Positions 8,486-16,397 of a DNA stretch of 24,000 nt are shown here, piece by piece. The notes under the pieces are model-generated. The model searched no databases, was not told the origin of the DNA, and was given only the letters and a program-made list of their open reading frames with translations. A program made the translations under genes and the position numbers. The DNA is from an uncultured Oscillospiraceae bacterium (GTDB taxonomy: Bacteria; Bacillota; Clostridia; Oscillospirales; Ruminococcaceae): the NCBI GenBank assembly GCA_934232845.1, contig CAKQGD010000014.1:1-24000 (forward strand), in the 5' to 3' direction. How positions within the stretch are numbered: position 1 is the first letter of the stretch; each line of letters starts with the position of its first letter.

Positions 8486-9328
8486 ATGGAGACGGCTCTT
8501 GTCAATCGCATCCTGCCGTTTTCCTCGGTGGACGGCCCCGGCAACCGCACCGCCGTTTTTTTGCAGGGATGCAACTTCGACTGCCGATACTGCCATAACC
8601 CCGAGACGATCCGCTTGTGTGTGTCTTGCGGGGCATGTCTGCCGTATTGCAAAACAGGCGCGCTCTCGCTTCAAGACGGGCATGTGACCTACGACTTTTC
8701 CAAATGCGTCTTCTGCGACGAGTGCTTTCGGCATTGTCCGAACAGCAGCTCTCCCCGCGTGCGGCGGATGACCGCCGTTCAGGTGATGGACGAAGTGAAA
8801 AGAAATCTTCCCTTTATTCGGGGAATCACCGTTTCGGGCGGGGAATGCACACAGCAGCGGGATTTTCTTCTTGCGCTTCTTACCCTCGCCAAGGCGGAGG
8901 GACTCGGCACGCTGCTTGACTCCAACGGCAGCTATGATTTTTCCGCCGATCCCGCGCTTCTTGCGGTGACGGACGGCGTGATGCTCGACGTCAAGGCGTG
9001 GTCGCCCGACGAGCACCTGCGTATAACGGGACAGACAAACGCGATGGTGCGGCAGAACCTTTCCTTTCTTGCGGCGTCAGGCAAGCTGACAGAGGTGCGC
9101 ACCGTGATTGTGCCCGGCCTGTTCGATGTGCGCAAGACGGTCCGCGAGACGGCGCGTGCCATTGCCCCTTTCCTGTCTGTGGGAAACGTGCGCTGCAAGA
9201 TTATTCGCTACCGTCCGCAGGGGGTGCGCCCGGCGTACCGCAGCATGACAGAACCGGACGATGCGCTTCTTGCAGAGCTTCGCGCGCTTGCAGAACGCGA
9301 GGGCCTGCCCGATGTGGTGACAACCTGA
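8486..9328 (+). CDS. yjjW: YjjW-family glycyl radical enzyme activating enzyme (radical SAM)
   Basis: The N-terminus VDGPGNRTAVFLQGCNFDCRYCHNPET carries the radical-SAM CX3CX2C motif (C29/C33/C36). Two ferredoxin-like motifs follow: CVSCGACLPYC and CVFCDECFRHCP. There is also a GGEC block. The start lies 2 nt after the yjjI stop. Confidence 0.85.
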   Translation: METALVNRILPFSSVDGPGNRTAVFLQGCNFDCRYCHNPETIRLCVSCGACLPYCKTGALSLQDGHVTYDFSKCVFCDECFRHCPNSSSPRVRRMTAVQVMDEVKRNLPFIRGITVSGGECTQQRDFLLALLTLAKAEGLGTLLDSNGSYDFSADPALLAVTDGVMLDVKAWSPDEHLRITGQTNAMVRQNLSFLAASGKLTEVRTVIVPGLFDVRKTVRETARAIAPFLSVGNVRCKIIRYRPQGVRPAYRSMTEPDDALLAELRALAEREGLPDVVTT

Positions 9329-9378
9329 AAAAAAACGCAATGTTTTTTCGATAGATAAAAAGCGAAGGAGGGGATTTT

Positions 9379-10929
9379 TTGACGCGGGAGGAAAGAATCG
9401 ACCGCTCTGTAAAAGTGGTCGAAATGAAAAAAATCGTCAAAAAATTCGGCGATTTTGTCGCGAACGACGGGATTGACCTGACCGTTTACAAGGGAGAAAT
9501 CCACGCGATTCTCGGTGAAAACGGTGCGGGAAAATCGACGCTGATGAATCAGCTTTACGGTTTGTACGCGCCGACGTCGGGTGAAATTTGGGCGAACGGA
9601 AAGCAGCTTGTAACCGACAGTCCCAGAAAAGCGATCGAAGCGGGCGTCGGCATGGTGCATCAGCACTTTATGCTGGTGCAGCCATTTACGGTGACGGAAA
9701 ACATCGTTCTCGGTGTGGAACCGCTGCACGGCATTTCTTTGGACATGGCGGCGGCTCGGAAAAATGTGGTTGAAATTTCCAAGCGCTATGGGCTTGACAT
9801 TGATCCGGATGCGAAAATTGAGGATATCTCCGTCGGAATGCAGCAGCGCGTCGAGATTCTCAAGGCGCTTTACCGCGGCGCCGAGATTCTGATTTTGGAC
9901 GAGCCGACTGCTTCCCTTACGCCGCAGGAAATTCATGAGCTGATCGAAATTCTGCACAACCTGACCGAGGACGGCAAATCTATTCTTTTGATTACGCATA
10001 AGCTCAAGGAAATCAAGGCTGTGGCGGATCGCTGCACGATCATCCGTCTTGGAAAATATATCGGCACGGTGGATGTGGAAACCGTGTCGGAAAGCGAGCT
10101 TGCCAGCATGATGGTGGGACGCAGCGTCACCTTTGAAGTGGAAAAGCCGGAGCAGAAGCCCGGAGACGTCGTGCTTGAGGTCAAGGACCTGCATGGCGTG
10201 GATTACCGCGGGGTAGAGATTCTGCGCGGACTGAACCTTACGGTTCGAAAAGGAGAAATTCTCGGCATCGCGGGCATCGACGGCAACGGGCAGACCGAGA
10301 TGGTCGAGATTATCACCGGCCTGCGGAAAGCGACCAAGGGTTCCGTATGCATCAATAAAACGGAGATCTGCAACAAACCGCCCCGCACAGGTTTTTTGGC
10401 GGGAGTGTCGAGCATACCGGCCGACCGGCAGAAGCACGGACTTGTGCTTGATTTTACGGTGGCCGAGAATATGGTTCTGCAGAATTTCCGCGAACCGCAG
10501 TTCCAGCGGCACGGTATTTTGAATAAAGACGCCATCCGCCGCTATACGCGGGAGGCCGTCGAAAAATACGACGTGCGCCCGCACGACTGCGTGGACAAGC
10601 TCGCGGGAACGCTTTCGGGCGGCAATCAGCAAAAAGTGATCATCGCCCGCGAGGTCAACAATGACAAAGACCTTCTGATTGCGGTGAATCCCACGCGCGG
10701 CCTTGACGTCGGCGCGATCGAATATGTGCATAAGTATATCGTGGAGCAGCGCAATAAAGGGAAAGCCGTTCTGCTCGTATCGTTTGAACTTGACGAGGTC
10801 ATGGGTCTTTCGGATCGCATCGACGTCATTTATGCCGGTAAAATTGTCGGCGAAATGGCAGGCTGCGACGCCGATGAGAACCGCCTTGGCCTGATGATGG
10901 CGGGAGGAGAACATCATGCAGAAGATTAA
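9379..10929 (+). CDS. ABC transporter ATP-binding protein with duplicated ATPase domains, BMP/nucleoside-uptake type (YufO/NupO/RnsB-like)
   Basis: The first Walker A is GENGAGKST, followed by GMVHQHFMLVQPFTVTENIVLG, which is characteristic of this subfamily. The second half has GIDGNGQTE, the signature LSGGNQQK and Walker B LLIAVNPTRGLD. The TTG start at 9379 lies 7 nt after AGGAGG (9366-9371). Confidence 0.85.
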   Translation: MTREERIDRSVKVVEMKKIVKKFGDFVANDGIDLTVYKGEIHAILGENGAGKSTLMNQLYGLYAPTSGEIWANGKQLVTDSPRKAIEAGVGMVHQHFMLVQPFTVTENIVLGVEPLHGISLDMAAARKNVVEISKRYGLDIDPDAKIEDISVGMQQRVEILKALYRGAEILILDEPTASLTPQEIHELIEILHNLTEDGKSILLITHKLKEIKAVADRCTIIRLGKYIGTVDVETVSESELASMMVGRSVTFEVEKPEQKPGDVVLEVKDLHGVDYRGVEILRGLNLTVRKGEILGIAGIDGNGQTEMVEIITGLRKATKGSVCINKTEICNKPPRTGFLAGVSSIPADRQKHGLVLDFTVAENMVLQNFREPQFQRHGILNKDAIRRYTREAVEKYDVRPHDCVDKLAGTLSGGNQQKVIIAREVNNDKDLLIAVNPTRGLDVGAIEYVHKYIVEQRNKGKAVLLVSFELDEVMGLSDRIDVIYAGKIVGEMAGCDADENRLGLMMAGGEHHAED

Positions 10930-11974
10930 ACGGCTGCTGGGCGGAAAATTCGCCCTGACGATTTTTTCGGTTCTCCTGTCTTTTCTGGTGGGTGCGATCT
11001 TTTTGACGATGATCGGGATTGACCCGATTGCGGCGTATCAAAAAATGATTGACGGCGCGGTCGGCTCCCGGAAAAATATCGCCTATTCCGTTGTGTATGC
11101 TTCTCCGCTGATTCTGGTGGGGCTTTCTGTGGCGTTTTCTTTCCGCACGGGTGTGTTCAACATCGGGGCGGAGGGACAGTTCGTCATGGGATCCATGGCC
11201 GCTTGTGTCGTGGGGATTCTCGTTCCGGCTCCGCCTGTGGTGCTGGTGCCTCTGTGCTTTCTGGCGGCGGCCGCCGCCGGCGCCCTGTGGGGGGTTCTCG
11301 TGGCTTTCTTAAAGACAAAATGGGGCATCAATGAGGTGCTGTCCATGATTATGTTCAACTGGATCGCCTTTTATCTTTCCAACTATATTGCGGGTCTGCC
11401 CGCAATTAAGACCGAAGGAAACGCCGAGGCGACCAAGAATGTGCAGGACGCCGCCCGTATCCTCTTTCCCGAAGCATGGAGAAAGGCGCTCTGTCCGACC
11501 TCAAACTGGGGCATTCTTCTCGCCGTAATCGCAGTGGCGGTGGTCTATATCATCATCGAGAAAACGACGCTCGGCTATCAGCTCAAGGCGGTCGGCTTCA
11601 ACCGCAGCGCCGCCGAGTACGGCGGCATCAACCCGAACCGTGCGATCATTACGGCGATTGCCATCTCCGGCGTGCTGGCCGGCCTCGGCGGTGCGGTGCA
11701 GCTGCTTGGCATGGGACAGCGCATCAGTATTTTTTCCGGACAGGAAGGCTTCGGCTTTCAGGGAATCAGCGTGGCGCTGATCGGTGCCTCGAACCCCATC
11801 GGTGTTCTCTTCGCGGGTCTGTTTTACGGCGCGCTGAAGTACGGAGGAAATAAGCTCAATCTGATCGGCGCGCCTTCCGAGGTGATCGATATCATCATGG
11901 GTACGGTCGTCTTCTTTATCGCGATTTCGCATGTATTTCGCTTTGTGCGGCATAAGAAAGGAGGAAAGGCGTAA
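10916..11974 (+). CDS. ABC transporter permease (YufP/NupP/RnsC-like)
   Basis: This is a polytopic membrane protein carrying FNIGAEGQF and GFNRSAAEYGGIN blocks typical of the first permease in BMP-type nucleoside/sugar importers. Its ATG overlaps the end of the ATPase gene by 14 nt, and GGAGGAG lies upstream. Confidence 0.8.
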   Translation: MQKIKRLLGGKFALTIFSVLLSFLVGAIFLTMIGIDPIAAYQKMIDGAVGSRKNIAYSVVYASPLILVGLSVAFSFRTGVFNIGAEGQFVMGSMAACVVGILVPAPPVVLVPLCFLAAAAAGALWGVLVAFLKTKWGINEVLSMIMFNWIAFYLSNYIAGLPAIKTEGNAEATKNVQDAARILFPEAWRKALCPTSNWGILLAVIAVAVVYIIIEKTTLGYQLKAVGFNRSAAEYGGINPNRAIITAIAISGVLAGLGGAVQLLGMGQRISIFSGQEGFGFQGISVALIGASNPIGVLFAGLFYGALKYGGNKLNLIGAPSEVIDIIMGTVVFFIAISHVFRFVRHKKGGKA

Positions 11975-12915
11975 TGGATAGCTTTATCAATAATCTTGGC
12001 GTTGTGCTCTATGCGACGCTGGTGTATACGCCTCCGCTGCTTTTTGCCGCGCTCGGCTCCTGCTTTTCCGAAAACAGCGGCATCGTGAATATCGGTATCG
12101 AGGGCATGATGACGATCGGCGCGTTCACGGGAGCCTGCATCGGGCACTTCACCGGCATGCCGTGGATTTCGTTTCTCTGCGCCGGGCTTGCGGGCGCGGC
12201 CTTCGGCGCGCTGCATGCTTTTGCCACGGTCAAGCTGAACGCCGACCAGACCATTTCCGGCACGGCGATCAATTTCCTTGCGCCGGGCGTTGCGCTTCTG
12301 ATGGCGAAAGCACTGTTTAATTCCTCCGACACGCCGGCGCTTTCCGATGCGAAGCTGCCGCGCCTGTTCACCTCTGTCTTTGAGGGAGGTTCGGTGGGAG
12401 CGAATTTTCTGAAAAACATCTTTGTCAACTATGCGTCGACCTACCTTGTGTTTCTGGTCGTCGTGCTGGTTTGGTTCGTGTTTTACAAAACGCGCTTCGG
12501 CCTGCGTCTGCGCGCCTGCGGTGAGCACCCCAAGGCATGCGATACGCTGGGCATCAACGTACAAAGAATGCGTTTCACCTGCGTGGTGATCTCCGGCTTT
12601 CTGGCCGGTCTCGGCGGTGCATGCGTTACGATGGCGACGATGAATCAGTTTCGGCCGACGTCTATTGTGGGACAGGGCTTTATCGCAATCGCCGCGGTGA
12701 TTTTCGGTAAGTTCCGCCCGCAGGGCGCGATGATGGCATGCCTGCTCTTTGGCATGTGCACCGGTCTCAAGGTCGTACTCGGTTCGAACGCGGTGATTTC
12801 TTCGCAGCTGATCTCCATGATCCCGTATGCGGTTACGGTTGTGGTGCTGATTCTGTTTGTCGGCAAGTCTCATGTTCCCGCCGCAAACGGAAAGCCCTAC
12901 GTCAAGAGCCGCTGA
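11974..12915 (+). CDS. ABC transporter permease (YufQ/NupQ/RnsD-like)
   Basis: It has VNIGIEGMM and RACGEHPKACDTLGINV blocks typical of the second permease. The ATG overlaps the upstream TAA (taATGg), and AGGAGGAAAGG lies upstream. Confidence 0.8.
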   Translation: MDSFINNLGVVLYATLVYTPPLLFAALGSCFSENSGIVNIGIEGMMTIGAFTGACIGHFTGMPWISFLCAGLAGAAFGALHAFATVKLNADQTISGTAINFLAPGVALLMAKALFNSSDTPALSDAKLPRLFTSVFEGGSVGANFLKNIFVNYASTYLVFLVVVLVWFVFYKTRFGLRLRACGEHPKACDTLGINVQRMRFTCVVISGFLAGLGGACVTMATMNQFRPTSIVGQGFIAIAAVIFGKFRPQGAMMACLLFGMCTGLKVVLGSNAVISSQLISMIPYAVTVVVLILFVGKSHVPAANGKPYVKSR

Positions 12916-12967
12916 ATCGGTTTGGTAAGAAAAGCGATTCTCATTTTTAAGCAGCCGCAAAACAATT

Positions 12968-13000
12968 TAGCGGCGGGTTTCTTACCCGCCGCTAATTCTT
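12968..13000 (+). terminator. Rho-independent terminator of the ABC operon
   Basis: tagcggcgggt (12968-12978) pairs perfectly with acccgccgcta (12984-12994), giving 11 bp and a 5-nt loop. It is followed by the T-rich attcttt. Confidence 0.6.
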
Positions 13001-13194
13001 TGTAAAACGTGCCGCAAAGCAGTTGAAAGAGGACTATGCATAAGCGCAGCCGTCTGTCGGACGGCAGCTCCGCCCAGAAAGCTGCACCGACAAAATCCGA
13101 AACAGGCAGTCTCCGGGCGATTGTCCGGCAGAGATCCGGCTTTCGATGGAGAAAGAAATCCGAAATCCTGCTTTTTAGGATGAAGTCAATATGG

Positions 13195-13235
13195 AAAAAA
13201 GGCGTCCTGCCGGTTTTGCAGACCGACGGGACGTC
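13195..13235 (-). terminator. Probable rho-independent terminator of the ytvI-like gene
   Basis: On the minus strand, gacgtcc...ggacgcc form an outer 7-bp stem with one mismatch, and gtcgg/ccggc form an inner stem. This is followed by U6 (the plus-strand A6 at 13195-13200). Confidence 0.45.
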
Positions 13236-13286
13236 GCTTTGTCTATGAGCGCAGTTTGTTTCAGCCGAACAATTATGAGAAAGCAC

Positions 13287-14345
13287 TCAGGTTTTATAAA
13301 GAGGAATTCCTTCCACCGTGGTAAGATACCGAATCAGCAGTGCGGCGACCGGCATTAAGAAAATGCCCCATACGCCGATCACTTTCAGACCGATGAACAT
13401 GGCGGACAGCGTTACCACGGGGTGGAGACCCAGCTGATCCCCGACGATGCGCGGCTCAATAATGTTGCGGATCACCGTAATCGCCGCGTAGAGCAGAATA
13501 AGCCCCACGCCTGTGCCGGCAGTGCCTGCGATCAGATGATAAAGCGCCCATGGAATCAGAATAGCGCCGGAGCCGAGCAGCGGAAGAATATCCAAAACGG
13601 CCGTCAGTGCCGCAATGCTCAGGGCATTTTCAATCTTCAGGAAAGAAAGCCCGATGGAAAGCTCTGCAAAAGTGACGATCATAATGATCAGATAGGCACG
13701 CACCAGCCGAAAAAGGCAAGAGGTCAAAAAGTTCTTAATATCAAGAATGAGCGGCTGCGCCCGTTTGGGGATTTGACGCATTAAAAATCCCGTGATGCGG
13801 GTATAGTCCATACAGATGTAGAACGAGGATACGATCATAAAAACGAAACCAATTAAGAACATAGGAAAGCCCTTGACAGCACCGGTTACGGTTGAGATAA
13901 GCCATGACGACAAGGAGGAGACCACATCTGTCATCGCGCTGGAGAGAACGTCAAAAATTTCGGATAGAGACAGCGCAAAGGCGGGGGCAAGTGCCTGCAG
14001 CCACTCCACCGTCTGATCTCCAAGGCTTTGCAGGGCCGGCAGCAGGCTGTCGCGGAAAAAAACAGGAAAGGACTGCGCCGCGCCGATTATACGCTCCACG
14101 GTAAAAACCGCTATGCCCCAGAACGCGAGAATGACCAGTGCGTAAAACAGTACGGCAATTACGGCGACCGGAGCCCCGCCGCGGATTTTCAGCCGGCGGG
14201 AAATATGTTTAAACAGATAGGCGAGGGCAAAGCCTCCGAGAAAAGGCCAGATGAGCGGTACAGCGAATTTTAAAGTACATAATACAAGGAGAACGATTAC
14301 TGCCCAAAAACAAAAATTCTGTAAAAAACAAATGCGTTTTTCCAT
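13287..14345 (-). CDS. AI-2E family transporter / sporulation integral membrane protein YtvI-like (UPF0118)
   Basis: It has eight or so hydrophobic segments and the family-typical C-terminal block IRNIIEPRIVGDQLGLHPVVTLSAMFIGLKVIGVWG. The RBS AAGGAG lies 8 nt upstream of the ATG at 14345. Confidence 0.7.
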   Translation of the reverse strand: MEKRICFLQNFCFWAVIVLLVLCTLKFAVPLIWPFLGGFALAYLFKHISRRLKIRGGAPVAVIAVLFYALVILAFWGIAVFTVERIIGAAQSFPVFFRDSLLPALQSLGDQTVEWLQALAPAFALSLSEIFDVLSSAMTDVVSSLSSWLISTVTGAVKGFPMFLIGFVFMIVSSFYICMDYTRITGFLMRQIPKRAQPLILDIKNFLTSCLFRLVRAYLIIMIVTFAELSIGLSFLKIENALSIAALTAVLDILPLLGSGAILIPWALYHLIAGTAGTGVGLILLYAAITVIRNIIEPRIVGDQLGLHPVVTLSAMFIGLKVIGVWGIFLMPVAALLIRYLTTVEGIPLYKT

Positions 14346-14563
14346 AAAACCGCTCCTTTCGGGGTGACGTCTCGGACAAAGGAGAAGAAAATGCCGACCG
14401 CAGAGAAGCTTTTCACGCGGAGCATTTTACGCTGCGCATCGGGAAAATAGTCTCTTTTGTAAAATAGATGAAAACCTGAATCAGACAAATGATTATCCTT
14501 ATTATATCCGTTATTTTTTAAGAAATTAAGCCTTTTGAGGAAAAAATATTGTGAAGAAAAGAC

Positions 14564-14592
14564 TTGCAGAAAATCGATTTCCTGTGTATAGT
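14564..14592 (+). promoter_or_regulatory. Candidate sigma-A promoter of the ACT-hom-thrB-ask operon
   Basis: TTGCAG (14564-14569), a 17-nt spacer, then TATAGT (14587-14592). It lies about 40 nt upstream of the ATG at 14634. Confidence 0.5.
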
Positions 14593-14633
14593 GTATTTTA
14601 TAGAAAAACAATCGTGCATGAGAGGTGGAAAAA

Positions 14634-15077
14634 ATGTGGGAAGAACCGAAATATCTGGTTGTGGAAAGTCAAGCCCTGCCGGATGTCTTTGTAAAGGTTG
14701 TATACGCCAAGCATCTTTTAGAGAGCGGCACCACAGGAAATATTTCCCTTGCGGCAAAAATGGCGGGAATTTCCCGCAGCGCAATCTATAAGTACCGGGA
14801 CGCGGTATTTCCGTATGTCAGCGAGATGTCGGGCAAGGTTGTCAGTCTCTATGTCGTGATGCACGACAGACCGGGAATGCTTTCGCGCGTGATCCATACT
14901 CTGTACGAAAACGGCGCGAATATTTTGACAATCAACCAGAACATTCCCGTCGATGGCATGGCGGCGGTATCTCTGTCTGTTTCGCTGGATGCGGCTGCGG
15001 CCAGCGACATGGATCTGCTCAACGCGCTGAAAAACCTCGGCGATGTGGCTGAGGTTAGAAGGCTGGTCGGAAGATAA
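14634..15077 (+). CDS. UPF0735 ACT domain-containing protein (PheB-like)
   Basis: An N-terminal helix-turn-helix-like segment (ISLAAKMAGISRSAIYKYRD) is followed by an ACT fold (VSLYVVMHDRPGMLSRVIHTLYENGANILTINQ). The start is set at the ATG at 14634, 8 nt after AGAGG. The listed start at 14625 is GTG and sits inside the RBS. Confidence 0.75.
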   Translation: MWEEPKYLVVESQALPDVFVKVVYAKHLLESGTTGNISLAAKMAGISRSAIYKYRDAVFPYVSEMSGKVVSLYVVMHDRPGMLSRVIHTLYENGANILTINQNIPVDGMAAVSLSVSLDAAAASDMDLLNALKNLGDVAEVRRLVGR

Positions 15078-15169
15078 CATACTTTTTTGCGGGTCTTGCC
15101 CGCGCAGAATAATTTTACAGACCGCTTTGCCTCGGCTGTGCGGTTCTGACGAAGAATTGGAGGAAAACC

Positions 15170-16381
15170 ATGAAGGTTGCAATCGTAGGCTTCGGAGTTG
15201 TCGGCTCCGGCGTGGCCGAGGTTCTCCGCGATAACGCGGAGGCGATCCGCCGCAGGTGCGGATTCCCCCTCGAACTGGGATATATCGTCGATCTCCGCTG
15301 TCCCAAAGGAGAATGGGCCAAGTACTGGACGACCGACTTTGGCACGGTGCTCTCCGATCCGGATGTCGGCGTTGTAGCGGAAGCAATCGGAGGGCTTCAT
15401 CCCGCATATGATTTTACAAAAGCGGCGCTTGATTCGGGCCGTCATGTGGTGACGTCAAATAAAGAACTGGTCTCTGCGCTTGGCACAGAGCTTCTGGCGG
15501 CAGCAAAAGCGCACAACGTCAACTATTTTTTTGAAGCGAGCGTGGGCGGAGGGATTCCGCTGCTGCAGCCTCTGGCGCGTCTGCTCGGTACGGAGCGCAT
15601 CACGGACGTGGCCGGTATTCTCAACGGCACAACGAATTTTATCATGACGCGCATGAATGAAGACAGGATGTCCTTTGACGACGCATTGGCTCTTGCACAG
15701 AAAAACGGTTATGCGGAGGCGGATCCCAGCGCGGATATCGAAGGACACGACGCCTGCCGAAAGACGGCAATTCTTGCTTCGCTGCTTTTGGGCAGACATG
15801 TGTCTCCCGAAGACGTATATACCGAGGGAATCACGAAGCTGACCGCACGGGACGCTGCGGCTGCGGCCGCGCATGGCTTGGCGATCAAACTGCTTGGACA
15901 GATCCGCCTGCGCGGAGAGGAAGTCTCGGCGCAGGTTACGCCCGCTCTTGTTTCGGAGAAAAGCCCCCTCGGCGTGACGAAGGATGTATTCAACGCGGTG
16001 CAGGCGCGCGGCGTTCATCTCGGCGATGCGATGTTTTACGGACGGGGCGCGGGCAAGCTGCCCACAGCGAACGCCGTTGTGTCCGATCTGGTCGAGGCGG
16101 TCTGTGCCGGGGGACATTGCTCGTTCTTTGACTGGGAAAAGGGTCCGGCTTGTGTCAAAAATGCGGCGATGGAGGAATTTATCTGGATGCTCCGCGTCCC
16201 GAAGGAGGATGCCGAGCCTGCCGCAGAGTTGTTCGGTACGCAGACGAATGGAAAGGATACGGACGGGGAGGCCGTTCTGTTCACAATGAAGCTTTCTGCG
16301 GCGCGCGTATATAAGCTGCGAAGCCAGGCACAGGCGCGCGGCGTCGAGATTCGTTCGGCTCTGCGCGTGTTCGAGCTTTGA
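15170..16381 (+). CDS. hom: Homoserine dehydrogenase
   Basis: The N-terminus has the Rossmann motif MKVAIVGFGVVGSGV. Other family blocks are VVTSNKELV, FEASVGGGIP, ILNGTTNFI, AQKNGYAEADPSADIEGHDA and MFYGRGAG. Confidence 0.9.
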   Translation: MKVAIVGFGVVGSGVAEVLRDNAEAIRRRCGFPLELGYIVDLRCPKGEWAKYWTTDFGTVLSDPDVGVVAEAIGGLHPAYDFTKAALDSGRHVVTSNKELVSALGTELLAAAKAHNVNYFFEASVGGGIPLLQPLARLLGTERITDVAGILNGTTNFIMTRMNEDRMSFDDALALAQKNGYAEADPSADIEGHDACRKTAILASLLLGRHVSPEDVYTEGITKLTARDAAAAAAHGLAIKLLGQIRLRGEEVSAQVTPALVSEKSPLGVTKDVFNAVQARGVHLGDAMFYGRGAGKLPTANAVVSDLVEAVCAGGHCSFFDWEKGPACVKNAAMEEFIWMLRVPKEDAEPAAELFGTQTNGKDTDGEAVLFTMKLSAARVYKLRSQAQARGVEIRSALRVFEL

Positions 16382-16397
16382 AAGGGGAAACACCGGC

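Noticed and set aside
9330-9348. The hairpin aaaaaac-gcaat-gtttttt between yjjW and the ABC ATPase gene, considered as a terminator.
   Set aside because: The stem is 7 bp with six A-U pairs, so it is very weak. The T-run is part of the stem rather than a trailing tail. At most it is a partial attenuator, and I treat the genes as one operon pending data.
13093-13165. A 10-nt direct repeat, aaatccgaaa, at 13093-13102 and 13156-13165.
   Set aside because: It is too short to distinguish from chance, and no further copies or array-like spacing exist. It is not a CRISPR or iteron pattern.
12897-13286. A 129-aa ORF (-) starting with GTG right after the ytvI-like stop, and a 70-aa ORF (+) at 13036-13248.
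   Set aside because: The minus ORF runs through both terminator hairpins and into the ABC permease gene, and has an odd Cys/Arg-rich composition. The plus ORF has its SD-like AAGAGGA only 2 nt from the ATG and a very basic, low-complexity product. Neither has recognisable motifs.
14391-14450. A 19-codon sORF (MPTAEKLFTRSILRCASGK) with AAAGGAG 6 nt upstream, in the divergent intergenic region. It was considered as a thr-operon leader peptide.
   Set aside because: It lies upstream of the best promoter for the operon. It is not enriched in Thr or Ile and has no adjacent terminator/antiterminator pair. By my rough estimate, about one such RBS-plus-ATG coincidence is expected by chance in 24 kb read on both strands.
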